Source: a virus
DNA: 64,000 nucleotides
Virus record (IMG/VR): IMGVR_UViG_3300046047_000262
Direction: 5' to 3' (one strand)
Shown here: one piece after another, positions 1 through 9,823 of the stretch
Position numbering within the stretch: position 1 is the first letter of the stretch
How the letters are laid out: the number at the start of each line of letters is the position of its first letter
The notes under the pieces: generated by a model
What the model saw: only the letters and a program-made list of their open reading frames with translations
Databases searched by the model: none
Told to the model about the DNA's origin: nothing
Made by a program: the position numbers and the translations under genes

Positions 1-1727
1 GTATCGAATATCATTGATTCATCATTCACGATCACCAAAGGATCGTCCCATTGGTTCCATTCCTTATCAGCACCTACCGCCTGATCAGCGATCACTGATA
101 CCACACCTGCTTTCACGGCGTGCAGATGCTTATATAACGTCTGACGGGACATACCAAGCCTTTTAGCAGTACATGATACGGTCTCTGAACCAGATACAAG
201 ATTCGCGGCATAAGCCTTCCTACGCGATACTGAAGCATTCTTACGACTGGCCAACGAACCCTTGGACAGATTCAAGGATCGAGATTTACGTTGAGCAATC
301 GTAGAAGCGATGCCCCCCTTACGACCTATACGGGACAAGTATGATGACTTGGCATGCTTATGTTTGCCTATGGGATTCGATGCGGTCTTCCTAGTATGAT
401 ATCTATTCACGGACTGGATAATCCTACCAAGCTCAGCATCGTTCATCGCTGGTTCGCAATGCGCAGTCCTGATAAGCTCAGGATCACCACCATGCCATGC
501 CAACCATGTCGCCACTGCGAACAACCCGGCATTCCGTTCACCACGATGCCAGACACGGTTCTCCAACTCATTGATGATGTTCTGCATCGTCATCCTGGAA
601 CCCGAGGACTTACATGCTTCGATCATTGATTCCACATGTGATGCTGACGATGGAGTCACCACGGTATCCCACTGACCACGCACGGTAAACCACTTGTAGA
701 TATCCGTCAACGACATTCTTCTGGCACAACCATCAGGAACATAGACTTCCCTATACGATCCCTTGTCAATACCATCCCAATAAGGATTCTGTACGCGATG
801 ATTGGAGAAGTTCATATCGCCGCCGAGGACTTCATTGAGTCTACGCCGTATCTTATTATAGAAAGCCATACCAGGTCGGTTATTCTTACGAATGGGGAAT
901 ATGCTCCAGAACGCCTGAGCGTGACCAGTACGTGTATTAGCGATAATGAATGAGGGCATCGGTACCGATCCTGATACCAAGCGATCAATGCTATCACTAT
1001 GATCAAGATCCACAGCAACCCAAGGAGCCGTCCACTTAGTGGTCTCCATGGACCAATGGGAATACCTTGCTATGGTATCCACTGGAATCAGTCGTTTCTC
1101 AATCCCATTCTTACCGATACTACCTGATGGAACGTAATTCCTTGCTGATGAAAGAATCCCGAGACTGTCATCACTTAGTGATCCCAGATTACAGGAATCA
1201 ACGAACGAACGATACGATAAACGCAATGCACTAGGAGCGGAAGAAAACGCATTCATGACAACAGTTGTATCAACCGTATCCTTGAACTGATCCAGTGATG
1301 ATACGGGAATGTCATCACCATGTGCAGTAGTATTACCTATGAATTCAGGATTCAGATACATGCTATCAACAGATGGGTGACCGACACCTGATGATATCAG
1401 ATAACGAGTAAAAGCAGAAGCCAGACTAGCAGGAACAGGGACCTGGAACACCCAGTACAGGGATCGCCCCTTAGCGGATGGTGATGTAACCACAAGAGTG
1501 GGCTTACAGATGTCACCTGATGGTAATTGATGATGACCTTGGACACCTTGTAAGCAGATGAAGGGTATTGTTGCTTCAGTATGCATGTCAACGCCGATTC
1601 TAGGGAACGCTGAGACCGCATTCGTCGTGATACCACCCTGTGTCTGACCATCGGCATCAGTTGAGTAGACATTCAAACCTGATAACAATGAGGGGAACCT
1701 GGACACATCTGATATCACAGTACCCAT
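1..1727 (-). CDS. Plasmid-type replicase/primase (ColE2/pAL5000 Rep family: AEP domain + PriCT-1 + HTH); 3' end runs off the window
   Basis: Hand translation gives an open frame from ATG 1727 (SD AAGGAG upstream) to the window edge. Motifs: WVAVDLDH...PSFIIANTRTGHAQAFW...LGGDMNFSNHRVQNP (replicase), RGERNAGLF (PriCT-1), GRKGG, and HTH TAKRLGMSRQTLYKHL. Absent from the ORF track because its stop lies outside the window. Confidence 0.8.
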   Translation of the reverse strand, partial: MGTVISDVSRFPSLLSGLNVYSTDADGQTQGGITTNAVSAFPRIGVDMHTEATIPFICLQGVQGHHQLPSGDICKPTLVVTSPSAKGRSLYWVFQVPVPASLASAFTRYLISSGVGHPSVDSMYLNPEFIGNTTAHGDDIPVSSLDQFKDTVDTTVVMNAFSSAPSALRLSYRSFVDSCNLGSLSDDSLGILSSARNYVPSGSIGKNGIEKRLIPVDTIARYSHWSMETTKWTAPWVAVDLDHSDSIDRLVSGSVPMPSFIIANTRTGHAQAFWSIFPIRKNNRPGMAFYNKIRRRLNEVLGGDMNFSNHRVQNPYWDGIDKGSYREVYVPDGCARRMSLTDIYKWFTVRGQWDTVVTPSSASHVESMIEACKSSGSRMTMQNIINELENRVWHRGERNAGLFAVATWLAWHGGDPELIRTAHCEPAMNDAELGRIIQSVNRYHTRKTASNPIGKHKHAKSSYLSRIGRKGGIASTIAQRKSRSLNLSKGSLASRKNASVSRRKAYAANLVSGSETVSCTAKRLGMSRQTLYKHLHAVKAGVVSVIADQAVGADKEWNQWDDPLVIVNDESMIFD

Positions 1728-2014
1728 GGGTTCTCCTTCCTTTCCGTGTGTGGTCATCTAACCAATATTGCCGAGCTGGTAATAGCACTATACCGAGCTT
1801 TATCAGAATGTACGAGATTGTCTTCTTGTACTTGGAGACAGGATGTGTGTAATGTGGGGATCCTATGTAACCCTTATTACATGATATGCTCCGAGGGTTG
1901 ACACCTATACATACGGTAATACTCATCGCACCATTCCTGGAATAATCCCTACGGAAACCTGTTGTATTAATTGTAAACAAGATTAATCAAGTAGCTTGAA
2001 GGAGGCTATTGAAT

Positions 2015-2419
2015 ATGACTGACAATAGGATTACTAGGAATGTATTCAACGATGACCGTTTCGCACTTGCATCGCCTGGAAGGGATGCTTTCCGTGCTCT
2101 TTTCGGTAGGGATGCTTTCGCATCAGTATTTCCTGAGATTGCCGCCCCATTCGGTATTAAGGAACGTTCCACTCAGGATGGATGCGAGTATGAGTTCATG
2201 GTAGCTGGTGTTCCTAAGGATAAGATTCATATCACTGTTCCTACTCAGGGATTATTGGAGGTTGAGGCTCATGATGATGATAGATCCTATAATTATAGAC
2301 AGAATGTTCCTTATGGTTATGATCTGGATAACGCCACCGCAAGCCTGAATGACGGCGTACTGGTCGTCAAGGTTCCATCTACGACCGATAAGGAAGTGAG
2401 AACCATCAGTATTGAGTGA
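2015..2419 (+). CDS. Hsp20/alpha-crystallin small heat-shock protein
   Basis: VAGVPKDKIHI...ATASLNDGVLVVKVP motif; SD GGAGG before ATG 2015. Confidence 0.85.
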   Translation: MTDNRITRNVFNDDRFALASPGRDAFRALFGRDAFASVFPEIAAPFGIKERSTQDGCEYEFMVAGVPKDKIHITVPTQGLLEVEAHDDDRSYNYRQNVPYGYDLDNATASLNDGVLVVKVPSTTDKEVRTISIE

Positions 2420-2436
2420 TCATATCTGATCTGAGC

Positions 2437-2475
2437 AGGGCCGAGAACATTGATGACAGTGTTCTCGGCCCTTTA
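2437..2475 (+). terminator. Intrinsic terminator hairpin after hsp20
   Basis: AGGGCCGAGAACA...TGTTCTCGGCCCT followed by TT. Confidence 0.7.
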
Positions 2476-2509
2476 TTGGTATTCATGGTATACTGACATA
2501 GTGAATGAT

Positions 2510-4153
2510 ATGGATAATACGATAGAAGAGTCTCGGTCTCATGGGATAGTGCCGGTATTCGACTTTGATGATGAGATCACGGGGAGTACCATGACCAGCC
2601 AGCCTGAAGCATTATACTACCTGTTACATGGTAACAATGTATTATTGTGTGGTCAGGCGGGTACGGGTAAATCATGGGTGGTTGATACTTTCAGACGAAT
2701 AATCGACGGGTATGGTGAAGAACTGCGTAGGGATAAGCGTGAACTCAATCTTGCGGTCACTGCTTCCACTGGTGCCGCCGCCGCGTTGATCTTCGGTAAG
2801 ACCATCCATTCATGGTCGGGATTGGGAATAAGTGTTGATACGTTCGATCCCACAAGAATGGTGGGTAAGAACAAGGGTGCTTGGATCAATGCTCGGAAAC
2901 GTATGCGCAGTACCGATGTTCTCATCATTGATGAGGTTTCCATGCTGCCGGCGTACTTCCTGACGAACCTTGATCTCGCGTGTAAGCATGCCAGGGGTAA
3001 TGATAAGCCTTTCGGCGGTATCCAAATGGTTCTGGTGGGTGATTTCATGCAGTTGCCACCTGTTGACACGGGTCAGGTTGATTCGGATGGTAGACCCGTT
3101 GATTCCAGGTATTGTTTCCATGCTCAGGCGTTCAAGGATGCGAAGTTCACGTGCTGTTATCTGGATAGGATAAGGCGTTCGGGTGATGAGCAGTTGAATG
3201 GCTTATTGAACGGCATTAGGAATAAGACATTGACTAAGGATGATGTCATGGGGCTTATGGCTAGGTTCAAGGTCAATCCCGATCCTGATAAAGTGTATAC
3301 CCGTTTGCATACCGTGAACAGGAACGTCGATCATTATAATCAGGATAAACTCGCTGAGTTGAAAGGTGCGGTCCATACATTCGGTCCTATCTCCATGGGT
3401 GATCGGACCGAGTGTAAGAAGATCATCAAGGATGGTAAGCTGATGCCTGTATCCTTGAAAACAGGTGCTGTGGTCATGCTGACATCTAATAATGCGTTGA
3501 TCGGGTCGCATTATGTGAATGGTTCCATGGGTAAGGTCGTTGGATTCGAGGATGAGGGCAAGTCTGTCAGAGTGAAGTTCAATGATGGTGGTGAGGAGAT
3601 TGTTCATCGAGCGAAGGAATCCAAGACCGAAATAGAACAAGTGGTAACCACTGATGACGATGGATTACCCGTATCTATTGACATCGAACGTGAGATCGCA
3701 GGTGTAGCATATCTCCCATTACGATTGGCTTGGGCCATCACCGTTCACAAGTCACAGGGGCAGACTTTGGATGGTGCTGTTATCGATCTGACGCAATGTT
3801 TTCAGAAGGGGCTTGGTTACGTTGCTCTTTCCAGGGTTAAGGATATGGACTCGATCATCATGCGTGGTCAATTGCCCAAGGACGCATTGAAGATCGATGA
3901 TGACGCGTTGAGAATAGACAGTGCCATCAGGCATAGGGCACGTACTATCAGGCAGGGATTGTTAAAGCATCAGATGGAAATGAAGGATAAGAAACGAATG
4001 GTGGAATTCGTTCGTTCGAAAACAGCTCGTGAGAAGGAGCTCAGGGAAATGGGCAAGTCACCGCTTATCGAGGATATGCTGGCATCTGATAACACTGTTT
4101 ACAGGTACCTACGGGATTATAGGGCACGGCATATACGTGCTAAGAAAGGATAA
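2510..4153 (+). CDS. Pif1/RecD-like SF1B DNA helicase
   Basis: Walker A GQAGTGKS, IDEVSM, GDFMQLPPV, LAWAITVHKSQGQTL, YVALSR; start uncertain (2501 or 2510). Confidence 0.9.
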   Translation: MDNTIEESRSHGIVPVFDFDDEITGSTMTSQPEALYYLLHGNNVLLCGQAGTGKSWVVDTFRRIIDGYGEELRRDKRELNLAVTASTGAAAALIFGKTIHSWSGLGISVDTFDPTRMVGKNKGAWINARKRMRSTDVLIIDEVSMLPAYFLTNLDLACKHARGNDKPFGGIQMVLVGDFMQLPPVDTGQVDSDGRPVDSRYCFHAQAFKDAKFTCCYLDRIRRSGDEQLNGLLNGIRNKTLTKDDVMGLMARFKVNPDPDKVYTRLHTVNRNVDHYNQDKLAELKGAVHTFGPISMGDRTECKKIIKDGKLMPVSLKTGAVVMLTSNNALIGSHYVNGSMGKVVGFEDEGKSVRVKFNDGGEEIVHRAKESKTEIEQVVTTDDDGLPVSIDIEREIAGVAYLPLRLAWAITVHKSQGQTLDGAVIDLTQCFQKGLGYVALSRVKDMDSIIMRGQLPKDALKIDDDALRIDSAIRHRARTIRQGLLKHQMEMKDKKRMVEFVRSKTAREKELREMGKSPLIEDMLASDNTVYRYLRDYRARHIRAKKG

Positions 4154-4197
4154 TTGGTAGATATAAGGTATATATAGGGTATACTGAAGGGAAATAT

Positions 4198-5046
4198 ATG
4201 GCTGGGAATAGATCGCAACGTGGTCGTCAGCAGGGTGGAGCCGGTGGGTTCATGGTATCCTTCATCATTCTGCTTCTGCTCGTAGGTGGTGTATTCGCGT
4301 TCATGCGTATGAACCACTTATCGTCTTTTGATTCAGTGTATACGTTCCTGGTCTCCAAGGGTAGGCAGACCGCTGAGGATGCAAACACCGTGGACATCAA
4401 GAAGTACAGGATATGTAATTTTGTGGATAATCCTGATTGCGTGTATCAAAAGGATAATCTTGATAAGATCGGCGATGTGAACGGTGATGGTAAGATCGAT
4501 CACAGTGATGCCAATGCTTACAAGGCTGATGGTGCCGCCGCAAGCGAGGTGGACTCGTTGAAGGTAGCGGCGGCTGAGAAAACTGATTACCATCGTGCTG
4601 ATTATCCACATTGGGTTATGAAATCAGGTTCTTGCGACACTCGTGAGTACGTGTTGAAGACGGTTGGATTCAAAACCGACGCGAAGACCTGTAAGCCTTT
4701 ATCAGGGTTCACGTACACGGAGCCTTATAAGGGTGATAAGGTCACTGATCCATCATCATTGGATATTGATCATGTGATTCCCTTACAGTACGCTGATGAG
4801 CATGGTGCACACGCGTGGGATGCCGCGAAGAAGCAGCAGTTCGCTAATGATACGGATCAGTTGCTTGCGGTGTCATCATCCGCGAACAGATCCAAGGGCG
4901 ATAAGGGACCATCGGAATGGTTACCACAGAAAACCGAGCAATGCGTGTACGCCAGGACATGGGTCACCACGGCTCTCAAGTATGGTATCAGTGTTACCCA
5001 GAAGGATAAGGATACCTTGAAGAGTACGCTCTCCTCGTGTCAATGA
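4198..5046 (+). CDS. Membrane-anchored HNH nuclease (DUF1524-like), probably extracellular
   Basis: N-terminal TM helix; DIDHVIPL...FAND..QLLAVSSSANRSKGDKGPSEWLP; a single Ca-binding GDVNGDGKID loop. Confidence 0.8.
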   Translation: MAGNRSQRGRQQGGAGGFMVSFIILLLLVGGVFAFMRMNHLSSFDSVYTFLVSKGRQTAEDANTVDIKKYRICNFVDNPDCVYQKDNLDKIGDVNGDGKIDHSDANAYKADGAAASEVDSLKVAAAEKTDYHRADYPHWVMKSGSCDTREYVLKTVGFKTDAKTCKPLSGFTYTEPYKGDKVTDPSSLDIDHVIPLQYADEHGAHAWDAAKKQQFANDTDQLLAVSSSANRSKGDKGPSEWLPQKTEQCVYARTWVTTALKYGISVTQKDKDTLKSTLSSCQ

Positions 5047-5080
5047 CAGGTATGGTACCCCATTGTTGCCTAGAATCGTT

Positions 5081-5123
5081 AAAGCCCGTCTAAGGTGCCA
5101 TAGATTGCCTTAGACGGGCTTTT
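5081..5123. terminator. Bidirectional terminator
   Basis: AAAGCCCGTCTAAGG...CCTTAGACGGGCTTTT between convergent transcripts. Confidence 0.75.
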
Positions 5124-5134
5124 AATGATCATCG

Positions 5135-5496
5135 TGGAGCTGGCGGGAGTCGAACCCGCGTCTTGCATACATATCACTTCAAGGGAATTACAAGCTTCCT
5201 GTATCATAGGTCATTGTCGACTTTCATCGCCCATACAGTCGGATGGAAGCCTATTGGTTGATTGAACCATAACAGGTACGCAACCAAAACGTCCTGTTAA
5301 TCGTAATCCAGTGGCGTCGCGAACATGATTACAGGATTATGCTCTCATCATGTTCACGGATTACGCAGCTAGTGCGAAATCAGCGGTCTTTGAAGTGCCG
5401 TTTACTTGTATCATGCATCTTTTGTAAGGTAGTAGCATGATCCTCACCTTGCTTGCCCTGTTCAGTTATTGTACCAATCGATTGCCTTTCAGCCCC
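5135..5496 (-). ncRNA. ssrA: tmRNA
   Basis: 5' GGGGCTGAAAGG and 3' GACGCGGGTTCGACTCCCGCCAGCTCCA with G3.U; tag frame after AAGTAAAC reads GTSKTADFALAA*. Confidence 0.95.
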
Positions 5497-5543
5497 GATA
5501 GGATGATAATATCACATGATGATCATCATCGCAAGTTCAGTCG

Positions 5544-5822
5544 TTAAATGACCATATCGTTTTCTGTATTGCTTGGTGCATGTGCTGATAATGGTACGAA
5601 TGCAATACCACTGTACTTTTGTTCCAGTTTTTTCAGGAACGCACTTAATCCGTTCTCGAAGAACAGGTCCCTTGCTTCTGTATCATTGAATTCTATGACG
5701 AATGGACCAATATCATAAGCAATGTCATCACCACGCATCGCTTGGAGAATGACGCTTCGCGATTCATTGACCACGGCATCAGGATTGTCCTTCAGTAGGA
5801 ACATCGTAAAATCTTTACTCAT
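5544..5822 (-). CDS. Hypothetical protein
   Basis: 92-aa ORF with SD AGGAG. Confidence 0.6.
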   Translation of the reverse strand: MSKDFTMFLLKDNPDAVVNESRSVILQAMRGDDIAYDIGPFVIEFNDTEARDLFFENGLSAFLKKLEQKYSGIAFVPLSAHAPSNTENDMVI

Positions 5823-5928
5823 ATTATACTCCTTGAACTAGTGTAATCTACCTATGTCATTATACCTAATATAGTCGTGCCCGACATGTTAGCACTCATG
5901 TCGGGCACGATTTATATCAGATAATGCA

Positions 5929-7170
5929 TCATGAACGTTCCGTGTATGCGGTCTTTTTCTTATTCATGATATCGCTGATATCACCATGTTCAAGATCCCT
6001 GAAGAACATGTTTCGTTGTGGCTTCATGAACTGGTACGGACTGAACCCCAGTTTCTTAGCATTATCCTTAAGATTGTCTATGGTATAGTTGCGTTTCACA
6101 TTGGTTACTAAGCTAGGATCAATGTGATTCTCGCTCATGAGCTTTCGTGCTTTATCCTCATCAGCAAGCACCGCATTCGTTCTTGAAGTGTACGTTAGTA
6201 CTGGTTTGTCGAATGCATGTTCTTTTATCGCAGGATTCTTGTTCGTCTTGAAGAATTCGCCATCCTTATAATCCTCGGCTGCTTTTTTCTCTAATTGGAT
6301 AAGATCCTCGGTAAGGTGCTTCTTGATCATACCGACCTCACAGAACAACGCCCTTTTCTCAGCATCAGTACGTTCATCCAATGCTTCCTGAGTGTACCGT
6401 GGTTTCATGGCCCCATCCACGTCCTTATAGGTTTTCTTATTAGGATAATAAATGGTCGAGGACCCTAATACCCCATCCAATGAGATGTTGTTCTTATTGA
6501 ATACGTCCCTTATCTTAGCAGCAGAGATCGATTCAGTCGTATTCACGAATTCCTTGTCCTGAATGGAATTCTCATCAAGGTACTCTTGTAGCTTCTTGGA
6601 ATCTACGGTAGCCGATGATTCCATGACGAATGCACCTGTCTTATCATGGTTCAAGTATATGATATCCGAAGATATGTTGGAATCCTTGATGGTTGATTTC
6701 AGTAGATCGAAATCCGAGTCGACAGCATCCTTTGATGCGTAATACATCGCTAGTCGCGTCCTGTCATCAGTATCGCCGCTAGCAAGAAACTTCATACGTT
6801 CGAATGAGTCTCTGAGCTCATTAGTCTCCGCTCTTGTTTTCGCACTCTGCCTGATTGACTTCGCAGGGAAATCCTTATAATCAAGATTGGTCTTGACCCG
6901 TTTCGTCTTACTCGTAGTCATTGAATCCTTGACGATCTTCTGTAGATCGGGATCAATGTACTCATTCTGTACCACAGCGTTCAATAATGAGTTCTTAGCA
7001 AGGGATACCGATTTCGATTCTTTGACGTAATTGTTCTTGTACTTCTTTTCAAGATAGTCCTGGGCTTCTTCCTTAGTATCGAAATGTATACCGAATTTAC
7101 AACCCGTTTCCGTCTGAGCATCGCATTGCCTTGCTATTCCATCAGGACTGATATGGTATCTTCCCCTCAT
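5929..7170 (-). CDS. Hypothetical protein with N-terminal Cys/His motif
   Basis: 413-aa ORF with SD; N-terminus YHISPDG..RQCDA..TGCKFGIH. Confidence 0.75.
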   Translation of the reverse strand: MRGRYHISPDGIARQCDAQTETGCKFGIHFDTKEEAQDYLEKKYKNNYVKESKSVSLAKNSLLNAVVQNEYIDPDLQKIVKDSMTTSKTKRVKTNLDYKDFPAKSIRQSAKTRAETNELRDSFERMKFLASGDTDDRTRLAMYYASKDAVDSDFDLLKSTIKDSNISSDIIYLNHDKTGAFVMESSATVDSKKLQEYLDENSIQDKEFVNTTESISAAKIRDVFNKNNISLDGVLGSSTIYYPNKKTYKDVDGAMKPRYTQEALDERTDAEKRALFCEVGMIKKHLTEDLIQLEKKAAEDYKDGEFFKTNKNPAIKEHAFDKPVLTYTSRTNAVLADEDKARKLMSENHIDPSLVTNVKRNYTIDNLKDNAKKLGFSPYQFMKPQRNMFFRDLEHGDISDIMNKKKTAYTERS

Positions 7171-7239
7171 GTTAAACTCCTGTCTTCATGATGAATGGTA
7201 TAACAGGAATCTAACAAGCAGGTGTAATCATAGGTCTCT

Positions 7240-8064
7240 TTAATCCGCAGCTTTTACTTTGCTTTCCAAAGCATCAGCAAGATTATCCTGACTGAAATCA
7301 ATGCTCGATCCATTGACCAGAACAATAGGAGTGGCAAAACTACTGGAACCGGCCTTATACAGTTCCTTACGAGTAGTAGTCCAAGCAGTGAGTTTACTGA
7401 CATAATCAGCATACTTACCGTCAGTGATCTTACTGGCATTAGTCTTACCGATGCCGACAGTCCTTGCGAATGAACGAATCTTAGCATCAGACACGGGTTT
7501 GTAAGAAGGCCCCTCACCAGGGAACACGTTAGCACTGAATACATAGGATACATAACTCAGAAACGCATCAGGTTCAAGATCGCTCAAACGCCAAGCCGCT
7601 TCGGCCGCCCTGGTTGAGTAGTTATCTGTTGACATACTGTTCAAGAACGCTATAGGATGTACCCGCAGAATGATTTGCCCCTTGCTGAGCATGGTATTAT
7701 ACGTCGTACCAAGGGATTGTTCGGTACTTGAACACCCAGGGCAATTGAAATCAATGTAGATATCAACCTTGGGGACGCTCGTTTTCAAGTTATCGGGATT
7801 CTTCACGATACCTTCTTTATCAAAGACCAGTGCACCATCCTTTGAAGCATAAGTAGGTTTCGTCGTTACTTTTGAGAATGCGTCCTTAGCGTTGACTCCT
7901 TCGGCTTCCTTGCTCTTCTGAGCATGCCATATGCTTAATCCTGCGATAATCACTAATGCGACTACGATGATTGTGGTTATGACCCCTATGATCGTAGCCA
8001 TACGAGCGTTCTTAGCATCTATATCCATTGATGTTCTAGTATCATTAGCCATTATTATCTCCAA
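7240..8064 (-). CDS. Membrane-anchored DsbA-family thiol:disulfide oxidoreductase
   Basis: TM helix; DFNCPGC active site; STRAA; cis-Pro ATPIVLVNG. Confidence 0.85.
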   Translation of the reverse strand: MEIIMANDTRTSMDIDAKNARMATIIGVITTIIVVALVIIAGLSIWHAQKSKEAEGVNAKDAFSKVTTKPTYASKDGALVFDKEGIVKNPDNLKTSVPKVDIYIDFNCPGCSSTEQSLGTTYNTMLSKGQIILRVHPIAFLNSMSTDNYSTRAAEAAWRLSDLEPDAFLSYVSYVFSANVFPGEGPSYKPVSDAKIRSFARTVGIGKTNASKITDGKYADYVSKLTAWTTTRKELYKAGSSSFATPIVLVNGSSIDFSQDNLADALESKVKAAD

Positions 8065-8160
8065 TTAGTATAGTAAACCCTATTCAATGGTCATTATACC
8101 AAGAAACGGGGTGGTAACGATAGCAGATGAATCGTTACCACCCCGTATTGATTGTGGTTA

Positions 8161-8469
8161 TTAGTTCTTATGCAGGATCACATCCTTGACGTACCTGTAA
8201 GCTAGGATGACAAGGGTGATCAGTGCTACCAGTGCGAGAACACTGAACACGCCGCTCACAATCCATACTAGTATCTTGACGATAATGCCGATTGCACTGA
8301 ATGCGAGTTTGAGACCAGCGAGGCCACCGATGATAGCCAATGCAAGGAATGCCGCATTAACAGCAAGGATCTTGACGCTCTCCTTGTTCATTGCAGCCTT
8401 CGTTGCTATCGGTGCGAGTATGCCTGTCAGTATGATGCACATCACTATAGTGAGAATGCTTGATAACAT
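8161..8469 (-). CDS. Small membrane protein
   Basis: Hydrophobic 102-aa ORF with SD. Confidence 0.6.
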   Translation of the reverse strand: MLSSILTIVMCIILTGILAPIATKAAMNKESVKILAVNAAFLALAIIGGLAGLKLAFSAIGIIVKILVWIVSGVFSVLALVALITLVILAYRYVKDVILHKN

Positions 8470-8505
8470 GATCTTGTCCTTTCCTCGGATGAGGTTCTTT
8501 ACTTA

Positions 8506-8898
8506 TTATGAATTCAATATCTTGGTTATTATACCAACGTTACCCTGTGATGCAGCCATACCTGCTTCCACTAGGTCATGTTGAGAACATGAAACCGCAG
8601 CACCGTAAGTCTCCATGAACACTACAGCTGTAATAATCGCGGTTCTTTTATTGCCATCAGGGAAACAATGATCCTGTGCGATTCTACATGCGAGATGAGC
8701 AGCCTGGTCGGTAAGATCAGTAAACCGTTCAGGATGGAACGAAACGATACTGGCAAGGCATCCTTGTACCTTATCGTAGGTTCCATTGGGTACGACCGCA
8801 AGCCCATAAGTATTATCTATGGCTTTACCGTGTGCTGACATGACAACGGATGTCAACTCTGATAATGACTCCTCATTGAACAATACTGGTTTCAGCAT
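8506..8898 (-). CDS. Doc (death-on-curing) Fic-family toxin
   Basis: HCFPDGNKRTA, the Doc-type Fic motif. Confidence 0.85.
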   Translation of the reverse strand: MLKPVLFNEESLSELTSVVMSAHGKAIDNTYGLAVVPNGTYDKVQGCLASIVSFHPERFTDLTDQAAHLACRIAQDHCFPDGNKRTAIITAVVFMETYGAAVSCSQHDLVEAGMAASQGNVGIITKILNS

Positions 8899-8905
8899 GA
8901 TCGGC

Positions 8906-9406
8906 TCACTTTCCTGCTAGTTCGAGGATCGCCGGCGCGTAACGATCAAGAATCGTATTCATCGTGGCTTCCATGAGTCCAGCATCACATGGTTTGGCTT
9001 CGATGTATCTATCATGAGATGGCCTGTCATCATCCTCTGATGCGATGATGGTGACATGGATACCAGCAGATCGGGCTTTCTTGACGCAATCCCAGGTCCC
9101 CTTGGAACTCTTCATTGGAAAAGCCAAGCAAAGATCCGGTTTTTCAGCGATCATAATCCTATTACGCGTAGCCGATTCCGGATTGGTATCACGTCTGAAA
9201 TCATCAGGCATCCAATCAGATTCGAATACTCGACAGTGAACGTTATTGGTTTTAGCCCATGCTCTGGCACCTTCATCGGCTCCCGTGGAATCGCCTGTGA
9301 TGATCTCATCAACCTCGTTCTGATAACGATCAAGGATCGTCATCACATCGACCACGGGTCTGTACTTACTGCCAGCTACCAGTACCTTCATATTCTCCCT
9401 ATTCAT
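8906..9406 (-). CDS. SLOG-family (DUF2493/YspA-like) protein with antitoxin-like C-terminal tail
   Basis: KVLVAGS..IITGD.TGAD..A..WA..RN..M..AFP..SKGTWD; tail ATMNTILDRYAPAILELAGK. Confidence 0.75.
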   Translation of the reverse strand: MNRENMKVLVAGSKYRPVVDVMTILDRYQNEVDEIITGDSTGADEGARAWAKTNNVHCRVFESDWMPDDFRRDTNPESATRNRIMIAEKPDLCLAFPMKSSKGTWDCVKKARSAGIHVTIIASEDDDRPSHDRYIEAKPCDAGLMEATMNTILDRYAPAILELAGK

Positions 9407-9478
9407 GATAATGCTTCCGTTATGATACTTACATCATATCATGATAACGGAAGCAAGGCAATACGTTAGTACGAATTA

Positions 9479-9790
9479 TCATTCAGCGGTGAACAATGAT
9501 ACCAATTGTTCATCCGTGATCGTGTACGGGTCAATATCCCTGATGGTTCCCTTTTTCTCATTGGGTAGTTTCTTGTATGTAGCTCCGATGCCATCACCGA
9601 ATTCCATGGATGCGAACACGGTATCGTTCCTCGCATCAACCACCACGGTACCTGTTCTGGTAGTGAAGATACTCGGTTCAGGAAGCCCTGCTTTCTTCAT
9701 TCTCTTGGAAATGGATTTAGCCATGATGATGCCATCCTCAATGGATTGTTTCATCTCCTCTTCACTTCCCATAGCGTACTCGTTGCTCAT
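9479..9790 (-). CDS. Hypothetical protein
   Basis: 103-aa ORF with SD. Confidence 0.55.
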   Translation of the reverse strand: MSNEYAMGSEEEMKQSIEDGIIMAKSISKRMKKAGLPEPSIFTTRTGTVVVDARNDTVFASMEFGDGIGATYKKLPNEKKGTIRDIDPYTITDEQLVSLFTAE

Positions 9791-9823
9791 TTGATAGTTT
9801 CCTTTCCTGTCATGGAAAGAATA

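Noticed and set aside
354-1980. Short ORFs at the window start
   Set aside because: They are shadow frames of the long minus-strand replicase ORF.
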